Shown here piece after piece: positions 1-9,917 of a stretch of 64,000 nt of DNA (its first letter is position 1; every line of letters starts with the position of its first letter). The position numbers and the translations under genes are program-made. The notes under the pieces are model-generated. The model did no database searches and had not been told where the DNA came from. It saw only the letters and a list, made by a program, of their open reading frames with translations. The DNA is from a virus: the IMG/VR virus record IMGVR_UViG_3300043399_000524, positions 1 through 64,000 of that record. One strand, 5' to 3'.

Positions 1-48
1 AAGCCGTCAAAAAACAGCAAACAGACATTGATTTATTAAAAAGAACGA

Positions 49-54
49 TAAATA
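49..54 (+). promoter_or_regulatory. T4-late-like promoter box (gaTAAATA) upstream of tail fibre gene
   Basis: cgaTAAATAc followed by SD aaggag (70-75) and ATG 79/82; the same box recurs before many structural genes. Confidence 0.55.
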
Positions 55-78
55 CAGTAAGCCGAGTTCAAGGAGACG

Positions 79-3000
79 ATGATGGCAATTAAAATAGGTG
101 GTAATACAGTTGTTACAGACAACTGCAACTTACAAAACATAAAAAACCACAATACAAATAGTACGAATTTCTTTGCCGGCGTATGTGCTGGACAAAATAA
201 CAATGCGTCAGGTATAAACAATGTAATGATAGGATCCTGTGCTGGCCAAGCTAACACTAGTGGAAATAACAATACATTTATAGGATTACAAGCAGGTCAG
301 TGTAACACCACCGGCTCACACAACTTCTTTGCTGGCCAGTGTGCTGGTTTTAGTCTTACCACGGCTTGTTTTAATATTTTTATAGGAAGAAGAGCCGGGA
401 TATGTAATACAGGGTTTTCTAATATTTTTCTGGGCGACCGCGCCGGCGAAGCAAATACAAATGCTGGACAAAATAACTTTATTGGTGCTTATGCTGGTAA
501 TTGTAATACTACTGGTACAGTAAATAATTTCTTTGGTAATTATGCTGGACAAAGTAACACCACTGGCTCAAACAATAATTTCTTTGGTTTCCTTGCAGGT
601 CCTGCAAACACTACGGGCAACCACAACAACTTCTTTGGTGAGTATGCCGGTCGTAACAACACAACTGGCAGCTGTAATGTTATGATAGGAAGTAGAACTG
701 GGCGTTACTCTGTATCTGGTGCATTTAATGTATTAATCGGAAGATTAGCAGGTAGCCTAACGAACGGGTGCAATAATATTATGGTGGGAACATATGCCGG
801 ACGCTGTTCTTCATCTGGAAGCAACAACACCTTCATTGGTCAGTGTGCTGGTTTCTGCAACACCACCGGCTCTAACAATTTCTTTGCTGGTCGTTGTGCT
901 GGTTATTGTAACACCACTGGCTCTAACAACACCTTTATTGGTTGCAATGCTGGCTTCTCAAATACCACAAGTTGTGATAATGTATTCATAGGTAATAGCG
1001 CAGGCGCCGGCAGAGTAAACAGATATAACGTATTCATCGGATCACTTGCCGGAGCTTGTGCCACTGGTGGGCTTATAGAATGTAATATCTTTATAGGAAG
1101 ATATTCTGGTTATTGCGCTATTGGTGGTTATGAAAACTTCTTTGCAGGTGGACTTACAGGTTATAGAAACGGTGGTAGTTCTAATACATTCATTGGTTGG
1201 ACAGCTGGTACAAACAATACGACTGGTTCCTACAACACATTCATTGGTCAGTCTGGTGGATATTGTAACTCAACAGGTAGCTCTAATACTTTCATAGGTG
1301 CGAGAGCAGGATTCTTTAACTCCACCGGCAGCCACAATAACTTCTTTGGTTTTAGAGGTGGCTACTGTAACACCACCGGCTCTAACAACTTCTTTGCTGG
1401 GCAATGTGCCGGTTACTGTAACACCACCGGCTCTAACAACACCTTTATTGGTAATAACGCAGGTTTAAACAATTCTAATTCTTCTAATAACGTGTTTATT
1501 GGAGAAAATGCAGGTCGATGCACAATTGGTTTTAGCGGTAGAGGACATAATAACTATATTGGTCAAAATGCCGGATGCAGAAATACATTCGGTCGCTATA
1601 ATAACTTCTTTGGTTGCTCGGCCGGCCGTTCAAATACTGAAGGTAGAAATAATAACTTTTTTGGCGAGTATGCCGGAGCTTGCAACACTACCGGTGGCTT
1701 CAACAACTTCTTAGGTCCATTTTCTGGATATTCAGGTACTACTAGTTTTAATAATAATTTTATGGGTGATAGTAGTGGTTATTACAACACTACTGGTAGT
1801 TATAATAACTTTTTTGGTTTACGAGCTGGATTCAGAAATACTACTGGCTGTCACAATAATTTCCTAGGATGTAGCGCCGGTTACTGTAACACCACTGGCT
1901 CACACAACTTCTTTGCTGGATTGTGTGCTGGTTATCGTAACACTGATGGCATCAATAATACCTTTATTGGGTGCAATGCTGGATGTGCAGTGGTCTCTGG
2001 TGTAAACAACTTAATTATCGGTAGCTATGCAGGTACTGCTGGCTTACAAAACATGATTCACTTACGAGCAGGTACTAACTGCTTGCAGGTCTGTGGTGCC
2101 GGCGTACTAACAGTCAATGGTGCTGCTGTTGGTGGTTCAAGTGCGTTTAATATCTGCAACTCAACAAATATTGTAAGCTGTATAGGTGGCACAGGTGGTA
2201 CTGGTACACATAACTTCTTTGCCGGTCAGTGTGCAGGTTTATGCAACACCACTGGCTCTAACAACTTCTTTGCTGGCCTCAATGCTGGCCAATCAAACTC
2301 AATCGGTTCACATAATTTCTTTGCTGGATTCTGTGCTGGGCGCGCCAACACTACCGGCTGTTACAACACCTTTATTGGCAAACTAGCTGGCTACAATAAT
2401 ACCAACGGTGGTCGAAATTTATTTGCTGGACTATGCGCCGGCTCTTATAATGTTACGGGTGTTGATAACATTGTTATTGGTTTAGGTGGTATGTCTTGCT
2501 CAATAACAGGTTATAACTATTATACGAATGCCGGCGGCGGAGGCTATATACCAGGAGCTTATGATTCTTTCCAAACTTGGACAGGTACTACCTTAGGGTG
2601 TACGATTAGTTTATTTACATTTTATCAAGGTGGTTATATAACCAAGGTACAATTAACCAGTCTTACACAGTTAGAAGGATATGGTGAATACGCCTGGGGT
2701 TTATGTGGGTACACTATATCTTCCGCTTCCGGTAATGCTTATTCAGAACCAATATACGGACTCAGTGGTAGTTCAGGATCTAATAATATTATATTAGGAA
2801 ATTCCGCAGGTAAATATAATGTAGCGAACAACAATTTCTTCGCTGGTTGCTGTGCTGGTTATTGTAATGTTTCAGGTTGTAACAATACTTTTATTGGTAG
2901 CGGTAGTGGCCGATCAAACGTTTCTGGTAATAGTAATGTCTATATCGGCTTTAATGCTGGAACAAACCGCATATGTGGTAGCCATAACACTTTCATTGGA

Positions 3001-4716
3001 GAGTGTGCCGGTGGAAATTTTAATTCAAGTCAAACTAATTGCAATAATACTTTTATAGGTTTGCGGGCTGGTTATTATGCTCGAGGTTCTAGTAATACTT
3101 TGATAGGTAATGAAGCTGGATGTAATGTCTTAGGTGACAACAACATTTATATAGGTTTTAATGCCGGTAAATGTGCCGGTACAAGTAGTAACAACAACTT
3201 TTTTGGTTTTTGCACCGGCTTTAGACAATCTGGCGGCGGCGGCAATAATTTCTTTGGTTGCTGTGCTGGTGTATGTAGTACCAGTAGCAGTAACAACAAC
3301 TTCTTTAGTCAATCTGCCGGCCGTGAGACTACCACCGGTAGTAACAACAACTTTTTTGGTTCTTGCGCAGGTCTTACCAATACTACCGGATGTAACAACA
3401 ACTTTTTTGGTTGTAATGCTGGTTTTTCTAACACTACTGGTAACTTCAACACCTTTATTGGAAATTATGCTGGTAGAGCTAACACTAGCGGTGCCAACAA
3501 CACCTTTATTGGCGACTGTGCTGGTAGGTGCAACACTACTGGTTGTTACAACTTCTTTGTTGGGCAGTGTGCTGGTTGGAGAACATCTACAGGTTGTCAC
3601 AACATTTTTATTGGTCGTAGCACTGGCCGCTGTAACACCACTGGAGCTAACAACACTTTCTTTGGTGGTTATGCTGGCTGGCAGAATACCACTGGCAGCA
3701 ATAACTTCTTTGTCGGGTGCGCGACCGGCGGCTCGAACACCACCGGCTCATACAACTTCTTTGCTGGTCAGTGTGCTGGTTTTTCTAACACTACTGGTAA
3801 CTTCAATACCTTTATTGGTAACCAAGCAGGTTATTCAAACACAATTGGCACCGGCAACTTCTTTGCTGGTCGATGTGCCGGTTATAGTAACACTGCAAGT
3901 CACAATATTTTCATGGGTATTCTAGCTGGTTGGCGCAACACAACTGGAACTCTTAACGTTTTCATAGGTCGATATGCTGGTTGCTGCAATACAGGAGGAC
4001 AAGGCAACATCTTTATCGGACAATACACCGGCCGTGTTAATACAACTGGAAACCAAAACAACTTCTTAGGTCGTCAAGCTGGTTGCGCCAACACAACCGG
4101 GTGCGCCAACAACATTTTTGGGTGGAGTGCTGGTAGCAGCAACACTATTGGTAACAGCAACAACTTCTTTGGTCAAAGTGCCGGCTTATGCAACACTAGT
4201 GGTAGCTGTAACACGTTTATTGGCCACTATGCCGGATGCTGCAACACCACCGGTTTAAATAACTTATTCTTTGGTTGTTGTTCGGGTGTAGGTACGATTG
4301 GACTTGCCAATATCACTACAGAATCTAACCGTATCATTATGGGTAACAATGCTCATACATGTGCCCAAATACAAATTGCATGGACAACTGTTTCCGATAT
4401 TCGTGACAAGTGTATTTTTGGACGAGTACCACATGGTAAGGGATTCTTGCAAGGTCTTGAAACAATTGAATACGCATTTAAAGACCGCGAAACAGGTTGC
4501 ATCACAGATCCAGAAGGCAAGCGTAGATATGGATTCAGTGCTCAAAATATTCTAGTTGCTGAAGGTGATAAACCAGTTATTGTATCTACTGAAAACCCAG
4601 AAAAATTACAATTAACTGCGGAATACATTATCCCTGTATTAGTCAATGCAGTTAACGAGTTGTCTGCTGAGGTCGATGATTTGAGAGCAAGAATTATTGC
4701 GCTAGAAGCAAAATAA
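79..4716 (+). CDS. Long tail fibre/adhesin-like repeat protein with C-terminal intramolecular chaperone (peptidase S74-like) domain
   Basis: 1545 aa; 17-aa G-x-x-N-x-F-x-G-x-x-A-G-x-x-N-T-T repeats; WTTVSDIRDK (S-D-x-R-x-K) autocleavage motif and terminal coiled coil. Confidence 0.8.
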   Translation: MMAIKIGGNTVVTDNCNLQNIKNHNTNSTNFFAGVCAGQNNNASGINNVMIGSCAGQANTSGNNNTFIGLQAGQCNTTGSHNFFAGQCAGFSLTTACFNIFIGRRAGICNTGFSNIFLGDRAGEANTNAGQNNFIGAYAGNCNTTGTVNNFFGNYAGQSNTTGSNNNFFGFLAGPANTTGNHNNFFGEYAGRNNTTGSCNVMIGSRTGRYSVSGAFNVLIGRLAGSLTNGCNNIMVGTYAGRCSSSGSNNTFIGQCAGFCNTTGSNNFFAGRCAGYCNTTGSNNTFIGCNAGFSNTTSCDNVFIGNSAGAGRVNRYNVFIGSLAGACATGGLIECNIFIGRYSGYCAIGGYENFFAGGLTGYRNGGSSNTFIGWTAGTNNTTGSYNTFIGQSGGYCNSTGSSNTFIGARAGFFNSTGSHNNFFGFRGGYCNTTGSNNFFAGQCAGYCNTTGSNNTFIGNNAGLNNSNSSNNVFIGENAGRCTIGFSGRGHNNYIGQNAGCRNTFGRYNNFFGCSAGRSNTEGRNNNFFGEYAGACNTTGGFNNFLGPFSGYSGTTSFNNNFMGDSSGYYNTTGSYNNFFGLRAGFRNTTGCHNNFLGCSAGYCNTTGSHNFFAGLCAGYRNTDGINNTFIGCNAGCAVVSGVNNLIIGSYAGTAGLQNMIHLRAGTNCLQVCGAGVLTVNGAAVGGSSAFNICNSTNIVSCIGGTGGTGTHNFFAGQCAGLCNTTGSNNFFAGLNAGQSNSIGSHNFFAGFCAGRANTTGCYNTFIGKLAGYNNTNGGRNLFAGLCAGSYNVTGVDNIVIGLGGMSCSITGYNYYTNAGGGGYIPGAYDSFQTWTGTTLGCTISLFTFYQGGYITKVQLTSLTQLEGYGEYAWGLCGYTISSASGNAYSEPIYGLSGSSGSNNIILGNSAGKYNVANNNFFAGCCAGYCNVSGCNNTFIGSGSGRSNVSGNSNVYIGFNAGTNRICGSHNTFIGECAGGNFNSSQTNCNNTFIGLRAGYYARGSSNTLIGNEAGCNVLGDNNIYIGFNAGKCAGTSSNNNFFGFCTGFRQSGGGGNNFFGCCAGVCSTSSSNNNFFSQSAGRETTTGSNNNFFGSCAGLTNTTGCNNNFFGCNAGFSNTTGNFNTFIGNYAGRANTSGANNTFIGDCAGRCNTTGCYNFFVGQCAGWRTSTGCHNIFIGRSTGRCNTTGANNTFFGGYAGWQNTTGSNNFFVGCATGGSNTTGSYNFFAGQCAGFSNTTGNFNTFIGNQAGYSNTIGTGNFFAGRCAGYSNTASHNIFMGILAGWRNTTGTLNVFIGRYAGCCNTGGQGNIFIGQYTGRVNTTGNQNNFLGRQAGCANTTGCANNIFGWSAGSSNTIGNSNNFFGQSAGLCNTSGSCNTFIGHYAGCCNTTGLNNLFFGCCSGVGTIGLANITTESNRIIMGNNAHTCAQIQIAWTTVSDIRDKCIFGRVPHGKGFLQGLETIEYAFKDRETGCITDPEGKRRYGFSAQNILVAEGDKPVIVSTENPEKLQLTAEYIIPVLVNAVNELSAEVDDLRARIIALEAK
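160..4300 (+). repeat. 51-nt/17-aa coding tandem repeats (roughly 70 degenerate copies)
   Basis: e.g. tgcaacaccaccggctctaacaa near 856 recurs 51 nt later near 907; 33-nt exact duplicate tgctggtttttctaacactactggtaacttcaa near 3417 and 3775. Confidence 0.9.
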
Positions 4717-4733
4717 TATTATTTGGCTTCGAC

Positions 4734-4767
4734 AAAGGACTGATATATAATGTATCAGTCCTTTTTT
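4734..4767 (+). terminator. Rho-independent terminator after tail fibre gene, with TATAAT in its loop
   Basis: aaaggactgata-tataatg-tatcagtccttt 12-bp stem plus T tract. Confidence 0.75.
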
Positions 4768-4772
4768 ACTTT

Positions 4773-5417
4773 ATGAAGAAAATATTAATAGCTACACCCT
4801 GCCTTGACCAAAAAGTCGATGCCTATTTTGTACATAGTCTTTGCGAATCCATCAAATTAGGTTTAAAACACGATTTAGATATTCGGTGTGTTTTCTTAGC
4901 GAACGAAAGCATATTACCAATGGCTAGAAATGAATTATTTGCATTAGCGTATAAAGAAAATTACGACACAATGGTTTTTATTGACGATGATGAATATTGG
5001 GACGAACAAATACTTATCAATATAATTCAATCAGCAAAAGACGTAATCAGTGTTCCTGTTGTTAATAAAGGAGACAAAGAAATCACATTTAATGTTTGGT
5101 TGAAAAAAGATTTTGAAAAAGATGAAACAGATGGGTATATCAAAATAGATAAATGTGGTACTGGATTTCTAAAATTATCCAGAAAAGTTATAGTAGATTT
5201 ATGGGATTCGAACACAGAATTAACTTTCAGAAATAGAAAACTTAAAAATATTTGTGAATATACATATAAAAATGGAGATTTTGTGGGTGAAGATATTACA
5301 CTTACATACAAATTAAAAAATTTAGGTTACGATATATGGTTAAATCCCAATCACACAGTATCACACATTGGTAATAAAATGTACAAGGGCGATTTTAAGG
5401 TGCAAAACAAACTATGA
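4773..5417 (+). CDS. Glycosyltransferase, GT-A/GT2-like
   Basis: KILIATP start, FIDDD (DxD) motif, GTGFLKLSR, GED motif, late H-x-G. Confidence 0.7.
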   Translation: MKKILIATPCLDQKVDAYFVHSLCESIKLGLKHDLDIRCVFLANESILPMARNELFALAYKENYDTMVFIDDDEYWDEQILINIIQSAKDVISVPVVNKGDKEITFNVWLKKDFEKDETDGYIKIDKCGTGFLKLSRKVIVDLWDSNTELTFRNRKLKNICEYTYKNGDFVGEDITLTYKLKNLGYDIWLNPNHTVSHIGNKMYKGDFKVQNKL

Positions 5418-6709
5418 TAGATGTTGTTATTCCAACAATGTGGTTTGTTTCTGGTTTCATTAAAACCTTAGAATCTTATGTAAACCATGATAAAATAAAC
5501 AAGGTTATTGTTGTTGACAATAATAAGTCCAATAGGCCTAATACAGAAATTTTAAAGCACAAAAAAATAGAATTAGTAAGCTATGGACGAAACATATATG
5601 TAAATCCAGCTTGGAATGAAGGATATTATCGTTCAAAATCAAAGATATTAGCAATCATTAATGATGATATAACTGTGTCAAACGAAGTGTTTAATATGGT
5701 CTATGACTTTGATTTTAAAGAAGGAGATTTAATTGGAGTTGATTTAAGAGGTCGTCAAGATAATTATAAAATTGATGATTTTATAGATACCAAAGAAGAA
5801 ATACTCAAATTAAATTATATAGATACACAACCCATTGGAGGTCAAGCCTGGGCGTTTGGTATTTGTATGTTTATGCTTAAAGATTCGTATAGTCTTATAC
5901 CAGATTTGTATCAAGTATGGTATGGTGATGACTATCTAGCACAAAGGGCAAAGAATGTTTACGCTATTAATTCTAATAAAATAAAAGGAAAAATTTCCGA
6001 AACTCTAACAAAATTTAAAGACCCGGATAGTGATATTAACAAAAGAATAGAACTTGATTCTAAAAATTTAGTAAAGTTTAATCATTTTAAAAATGGTGCA
6101 AAGTGGGACATACCCCATAACATGATTAATATGTATACAAATCACAGAAAAGCACTAGCAGAAGTAAAAGAAAAAGACATTTTTGAAATTGAATATAAAA
6201 AAGCCAAAGAAACATTTAGTGACATATACGAAAATGTACATATACTATATGACTTAGCCAAAAAATGTAAAACAGTAGTTGAAATGGGCGTCAGAACTGG
6301 AGTCAGCACTAGAGCATTTTTAAATACTGATGTTTCATTATTGTCATTCGATATTGAGTTAGACAATAATGTCAAAAAATTATTTGACTTAGCCAAACAA
6401 AAAGGTAAGAATGTACAGTATATTCAAGCTAATGTTTTGAATATAGAAATCGAAGAAACAGACTTATTGTTTATTGACACCTTGCACACTTATGACCAAT
6501 TAAGGCAAGAATTAAAATTGCATGGAAATCAAGCCCAAAAATACATAGCATTCCATGATACTCATACATTTGGGTTGAGAGGTGAAGTTGGTAATGACCA
6601 AAAAGGATTATTAACTGCGGTAATAGAATTTTTGATAGATAATCCTCATTGGAAATTCAAAATACATAAAACAAACAACAATGGTTTTACAGTGCTAGAA
6701 CGAACATAA
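5414..6709 (+). CDS. GT2-like glycosyltransferase fused to a class I SAM methyltransferase domain
   Basis: N-term DVVIPT, IINDD, YGDDY; C-term VVEMGVRTGVS, LLFIDTLH, AFHDT. Confidence 0.7.
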   Translation: MIDVVIPTMWFVSGFIKTLESYVNHDKINKVIVVDNNKSNRPNTEILKHKKIELVSYGRNIYVNPAWNEGYYRSKSKILAIINDDITVSNEVFNMVYDFDFKEGDLIGVDLRGRQDNYKIDDFIDTKEEILKLNYIDTQPIGGQAWAFGICMFMLKDSYSLIPDLYQVWYGDDYLAQRAKNVYAINSNKIKGKISETLTKFKDPDSDINKRIELDSKNLVKFNHFKNGAKWDIPHNMINMYTNHRKALAEVKEKDIFEIEYKKAKETFSDIYENVHILYDLAKKCKTVVEMGVRTGVSTRAFLNTDVSLLSFDIELDNNVKKLFDLAKQKGKNVQYIQANVLNIEIEETDLLFIDTLHTYDQLRQELKLHGNQAQKYIAFHDTHTFGLRGEVGNDQKGLLTAVIEFLIDNPHWKFKIHKTNNNGFTVLERT

Positions 6710-6734
6710 ATATATTGCTAAAAGAAAGAGGATT

Positions 6735-7634
6735 ATGAAATATAGTATTTTTCATGTACAAGGTGGAATAGGAAAACATGTAGCTGCTACAGCAGTTGCA
6801 CAAGTAATTAAAAACAACAATCCAGATAGAAAATTAATCGTAGCGTGCGCTTATCCGGAAATTTTCAACAACTTAGATTTTGTAGACCGTGTTTATCAAT
6901 TGGGTAATACCAGTTATTTTTATCAAAATTACATACATGAACAAGATTCAATAATCTTTCACCACGAACCTTATTATACAACCGATCACATACACAAAAA
7001 ACTACCGTTGATACAAAACTGGTGTAAATTATATAACTTAGAATATAAAGGTGAGTTACCAGTAATCAAATTCAACAAACTACAATACGACATATCTAAG
7101 AGATTTTGGGTCAAAGGAAGTAAGCCCATCATGGTATTACACACTAATGGTGGTATGATGACCACAAATGCAAAACCTTATGCATGGACTAGAGATATGC
7201 CTGAAAATGTTGGCCAAGCTCTAGTAGATCATTATAAAAAAGATTATACAATTTATCAAGTTACCAAATTAAATTCCCCTAAACTTAAAGGTGCAAATCA
7301 CGTTTTTGCAACACAACAACAAGCACTCTCAACTATGGAAGTATTCAGTGTGTTATTGCATAGTGAAAAAAGAATATTGATTGATAGTTGCTTACAGCAT
7401 GCCTCAGTAGCAATGAAGCGCCCTGCCACAGTATTATGGAATGGTACTAGTCCTAAGGTGTTTGGATATGATATGCATACCAACATAACTACAAAGATAC
7501 CATATGAATTTAAATTGCCAGGAAGTTATTTGTTTGATTTTGATTTCAATGGTAATGAAATCGAATATCCATTTACCGAAGAACAAGAGTTATTCAACGT
7601 AGATGAAATTATCAAGGCAGTAGACGCACAATAA
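6735..7634 (+). CDS. GT-B / GT9 (heptosyltransferase-like) glycosyltransferase
   Basis: GGIGKHVAAT N-term and ILIDSCLQHASVAMKRPATVLW resembling the GT9 DSGxxHxAxA motif. Confidence 0.55.
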   Translation: MKYSIFHVQGGIGKHVAATAVAQVIKNNNPDRKLIVACAYPEIFNNLDFVDRVYQLGNTSYFYQNYIHEQDSIIFHHEPYYTTDHIHKKLPLIQNWCKLYNLEYKGELPVIKFNKLQYDISKRFWVKGSKPIMVLHTNGGMMTTNAKPYAWTRDMPENVGQALVDHYKKDYTIYQVTKLNSPKLKGANHVFATQQQALSTMEVFSVLLHSEKRILIDSCLQHASVAMKRPATVLWNGTSPKVFGYDMHTNITTKIPYEFKLPGSYLFDFDFNGNEIEYPFTEEQELFNVDEIIKAVDAQ

Positions 7635-7643
7635 GGAACTAAA

Positions 7644-8585
7644 ATGACGACACTAAAGAAAAAATATTATTTCATGGCAGGACTTCCTAGAAGTGGAAGT
7701 ACAATGTTATCCGCAATACTTAATCAGAACCCTAGATTTTATTGTGGTCCTAGTTCTCCGGTTGTACCAACGATGTTAACAATAGAAAATTCATTGATGC
7801 AAGACGAATTGTTTTTGGCATACCCAAAGATGGATTTTGGTAAGAATTTGATTGCATCAGTGTTGGATCAATATTATGCTGATATTGACAAACCGGTAAT
7901 CTTTGAAAAGAACCGTAGTTGGGTAAATCGAATGAATTACATTCAAGGATATTTTGATATTCAAACACCAAAAGTTTTATTTCCGGTACGGGACGTGGCT
8001 GAAATTTTAACATCATTTATTTCAATGATTCGTAGAAACCCTCACATTGTTAATGACAGATTAAATTTTATAGACCAAAGTTTAGTTCAAGGAGGTATTC
8101 CATTGAATGATGAAAACCGTTGCAAGGCCATTGCTGGGCCTGGCATTTTAGGACAATCATTTGATGGATTAAAAAAGGCATTATCAGAAGGGTATCGTGC
8201 TAATATTCACTTTATTGAGTATAAAGATTTGGTAAACAATCCAAGAGAAACAATGAAGAAAATATATGAATTCTTGAATGAACCTGAATATCACCATGAT
8301 TTCAAAAATTTAAAGAATGTGCATCAGGAAGACGATGCTAGAATTTACGGATTTACTGATATGCACGAAGTTCGCCCTGAAGTCAAATCAGTTTCTTTAA
8401 ATCCGGAAGATGTATTACCTGCTTCAATATTAGAGGGTGTAAGGGGTGCAGAATTTTGGAGAGAAATTGATGATGTTCCGTTAACCGATGAAACTGTTAA
8501 CGCTGTCGTACCAGAGAAAAAACCCCAAAGTTTCTTCGGGGAAATAGTAGATCCTGCGGATAATGAAGGATCAACCTTTATATAA
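7644..8585 (+). CDS. Sulfotransferase family protein
   Basis: GLPRSGSTML 5'-PSB loop, FEKNR, VRDVAEILTS 3'-PB motif, IEYKDLV. Confidence 0.8.
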   Translation: MTTLKKKYYFMAGLPRSGSTMLSAILNQNPRFYCGPSSPVVPTMLTIENSLMQDELFLAYPKMDFGKNLIASVLDQYYADIDKPVIFEKNRSWVNRMNYIQGYFDIQTPKVLFPVRDVAEILTSFISMIRRNPHIVNDRLNFIDQSLVQGGIPLNDENRCKAIAGPGILGQSFDGLKKALSEGYRANIHFIEYKDLVNNPRETMKKIYEFLNEPEYHHDFKNLKNVHQEDDARIYGFTDMHEVRPEVKSVSLNPEDVLPASILEGVRGAEFWREIDDVPLTDETVNAVVPEKKPQSFFGEIVDPADNEGSTFI

Positions 8586-8618
8586 ATTGGGATAAATATT
8601 AGATAATAGGAGATTAAT

Positions 8619-8891
8619 ATGGAAAAAGAACCACGCACACTAGAACAAATTCAAGGTACAATTCGTGCTGCACGTGACAGTGTTTGGGTCGTAACTGACG
8701 AAATTCAAAAACTAGCTGACGGTCAACCCGCAAATAAAGAACGCAAGGATAACATCGAGCGCAATGTTGCACACCTTAAGTTAGTTGTCGCAGATCAGGA
8801 AATCATCGATTCTAAAGAAGATATTTCTGACCTACAAGCTGCAATCGCAACCGGAGAAGCAAAACTAGCAGAAAATATTTGGTCAGAGTAA
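8619..8891 (+). CDS. Hypothetical helical protein
   Basis: ORF with SD ggag and upstream TAAATA (8593-8598). Confidence 0.6.
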   Translation: MEKEPRTLEQIQGTIRAARDSVWVVTDEIQKLADGQPANKERKDNIERNVAHLKLVVADQEIIDSKEDISDLQAAIATGEAKLAENIWSE

Positions 8892-8907
8892 TATTTGACT
8901 AAATTTA

Positions 8908-9681
8908 TTGATGAATAGTATTGTTGTTATTACAGGTGGATTCGATCCATTGCATAGCGGACACATATCTTACATCAATGAAGCTAGTAAGCTAGGCACA
9001 GTTGTTGTGGGATTAAACAGCGACTCTTGGCTCACACGTAAAAAAGGAAAACCTTTTATGAATTTTCATGAGAGGTTTTCCGTATTATCAAATATAAGAT
9101 CAGTTTCAACAGTAATTGATTTTGATGATTCCGACAACACTGCCTGCAATGCTATAGAAAAATCAAAGTTATTATATCCTAACCATGAAATAATTTTCGC
9201 CAACGGTGGGGATAGAACATCTACCAACATACCAGAAATGGATAGATTTAAAAATGATAGTCAAGTATCATTTGTATTTGGTATAGGTGGTGATGACAAA
9301 AAGAACAGTTCTAGTTGGATATTAAACGATTGGAAACACCCATCAGAAACTAGAGTTTGGGGTAAGTTCATCACTTATTATGATAACAAATTCACGAAAG
9401 TAAAAAGATTATTATTAGAACCAGGAAAATCTATTTCTATGCAATATCACAATGAACGATCTGAATTTTGGTTTGTAGAGTCCGGAGAAGGAGTAGTATC
9501 GTCTTTAGGTGATTCTAATCAAGAAGTAATGATTAAAACTATTAAAAAACACGACAATTATTTTGTGCCAGTTAATTCCTGGCATAAATTAAAGAACACA
9601 GGCAACGAAATTTTAAGTATTATCGAAATCCAATACGGTTCGGTATGCGATGAATCTGATATTACTAGATTTCAACAATAA
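8908..9681 (+). CDS. Cytidylyltransferase-like (RfaE/TagD type) domain fused to a mannose-6-phosphate isomerase-type cupin
   Basis: GGFDPLHSGH (HIGH), FANGGDR; C-term SMQYHNERSEFW and WHKLKNTG cupin motifs. Confidence 0.75.
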   Translation: MMNSIVVITGGFDPLHSGHISYINEASKLGTVVVGLNSDSWLTRKKGKPFMNFHERFSVLSNIRSVSTVIDFDDSDNTACNAIEKSKLLYPNHEIIFANGGDRTSTNIPEMDRFKNDSQVSFVFGIGGDDKKNSSSWILNDWKHPSETRVWGKFITYYDNKFTKVKRLLLEPGKSISMQYHNERSEFWFVESGEGVVSSLGDSNQEVMIKTIKKHDNYFVPVNSWHKLKNTGNEILSIIEIQYGSVCDESDITRFQQ

Positions 9682-9699
9682 CTTTATAAAGGTAAAAAC

Positions 9700-9906
9700 A
9701 TGGAAAATCAACAACTAATTTTTAATATTCAACTTAACTTAGATCAAGTTAATGTAATCTTGGCTACAATGGGCAAATTACCATATGAGTCTATTGCACC
9801 ATTGATGAACTCTATTCAAGGTCAAGCAAATCAACAAATGCAGCAATATCAAGCTGCTCAAGCTGCTGCACAAGAAGCACAACAAACAGAAGCTACTGTA
9901 CAGTAA
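9700..9906 (+). CDS. Small Gln-rich hypothetical protein
   Basis: SD aaggt, coherent ORF between co-oriented genes. Confidence 0.55.
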   Translation: MENQQLIFNIQLNLDQVNVILATMGKLPYESIAPLMNSIQGQANQQMQQYQAAQAAAQEAQQTEATVQ

Positions 9907-9917
9907 TTGAGGTGACT

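Noticed and set aside
3161-3925. 254-aa alternative-frame ORF inside the fibre gene
   Set aside because: Out-of-frame product of the repetitive coding sequence
79-4716. Diversity-generating retroelement target or CRISPR-like array in the fibre repeats
   Set aside because: No reverse transcriptase or adenine-specific TR/VR pair; repeats are in-frame coding units without unique spacers
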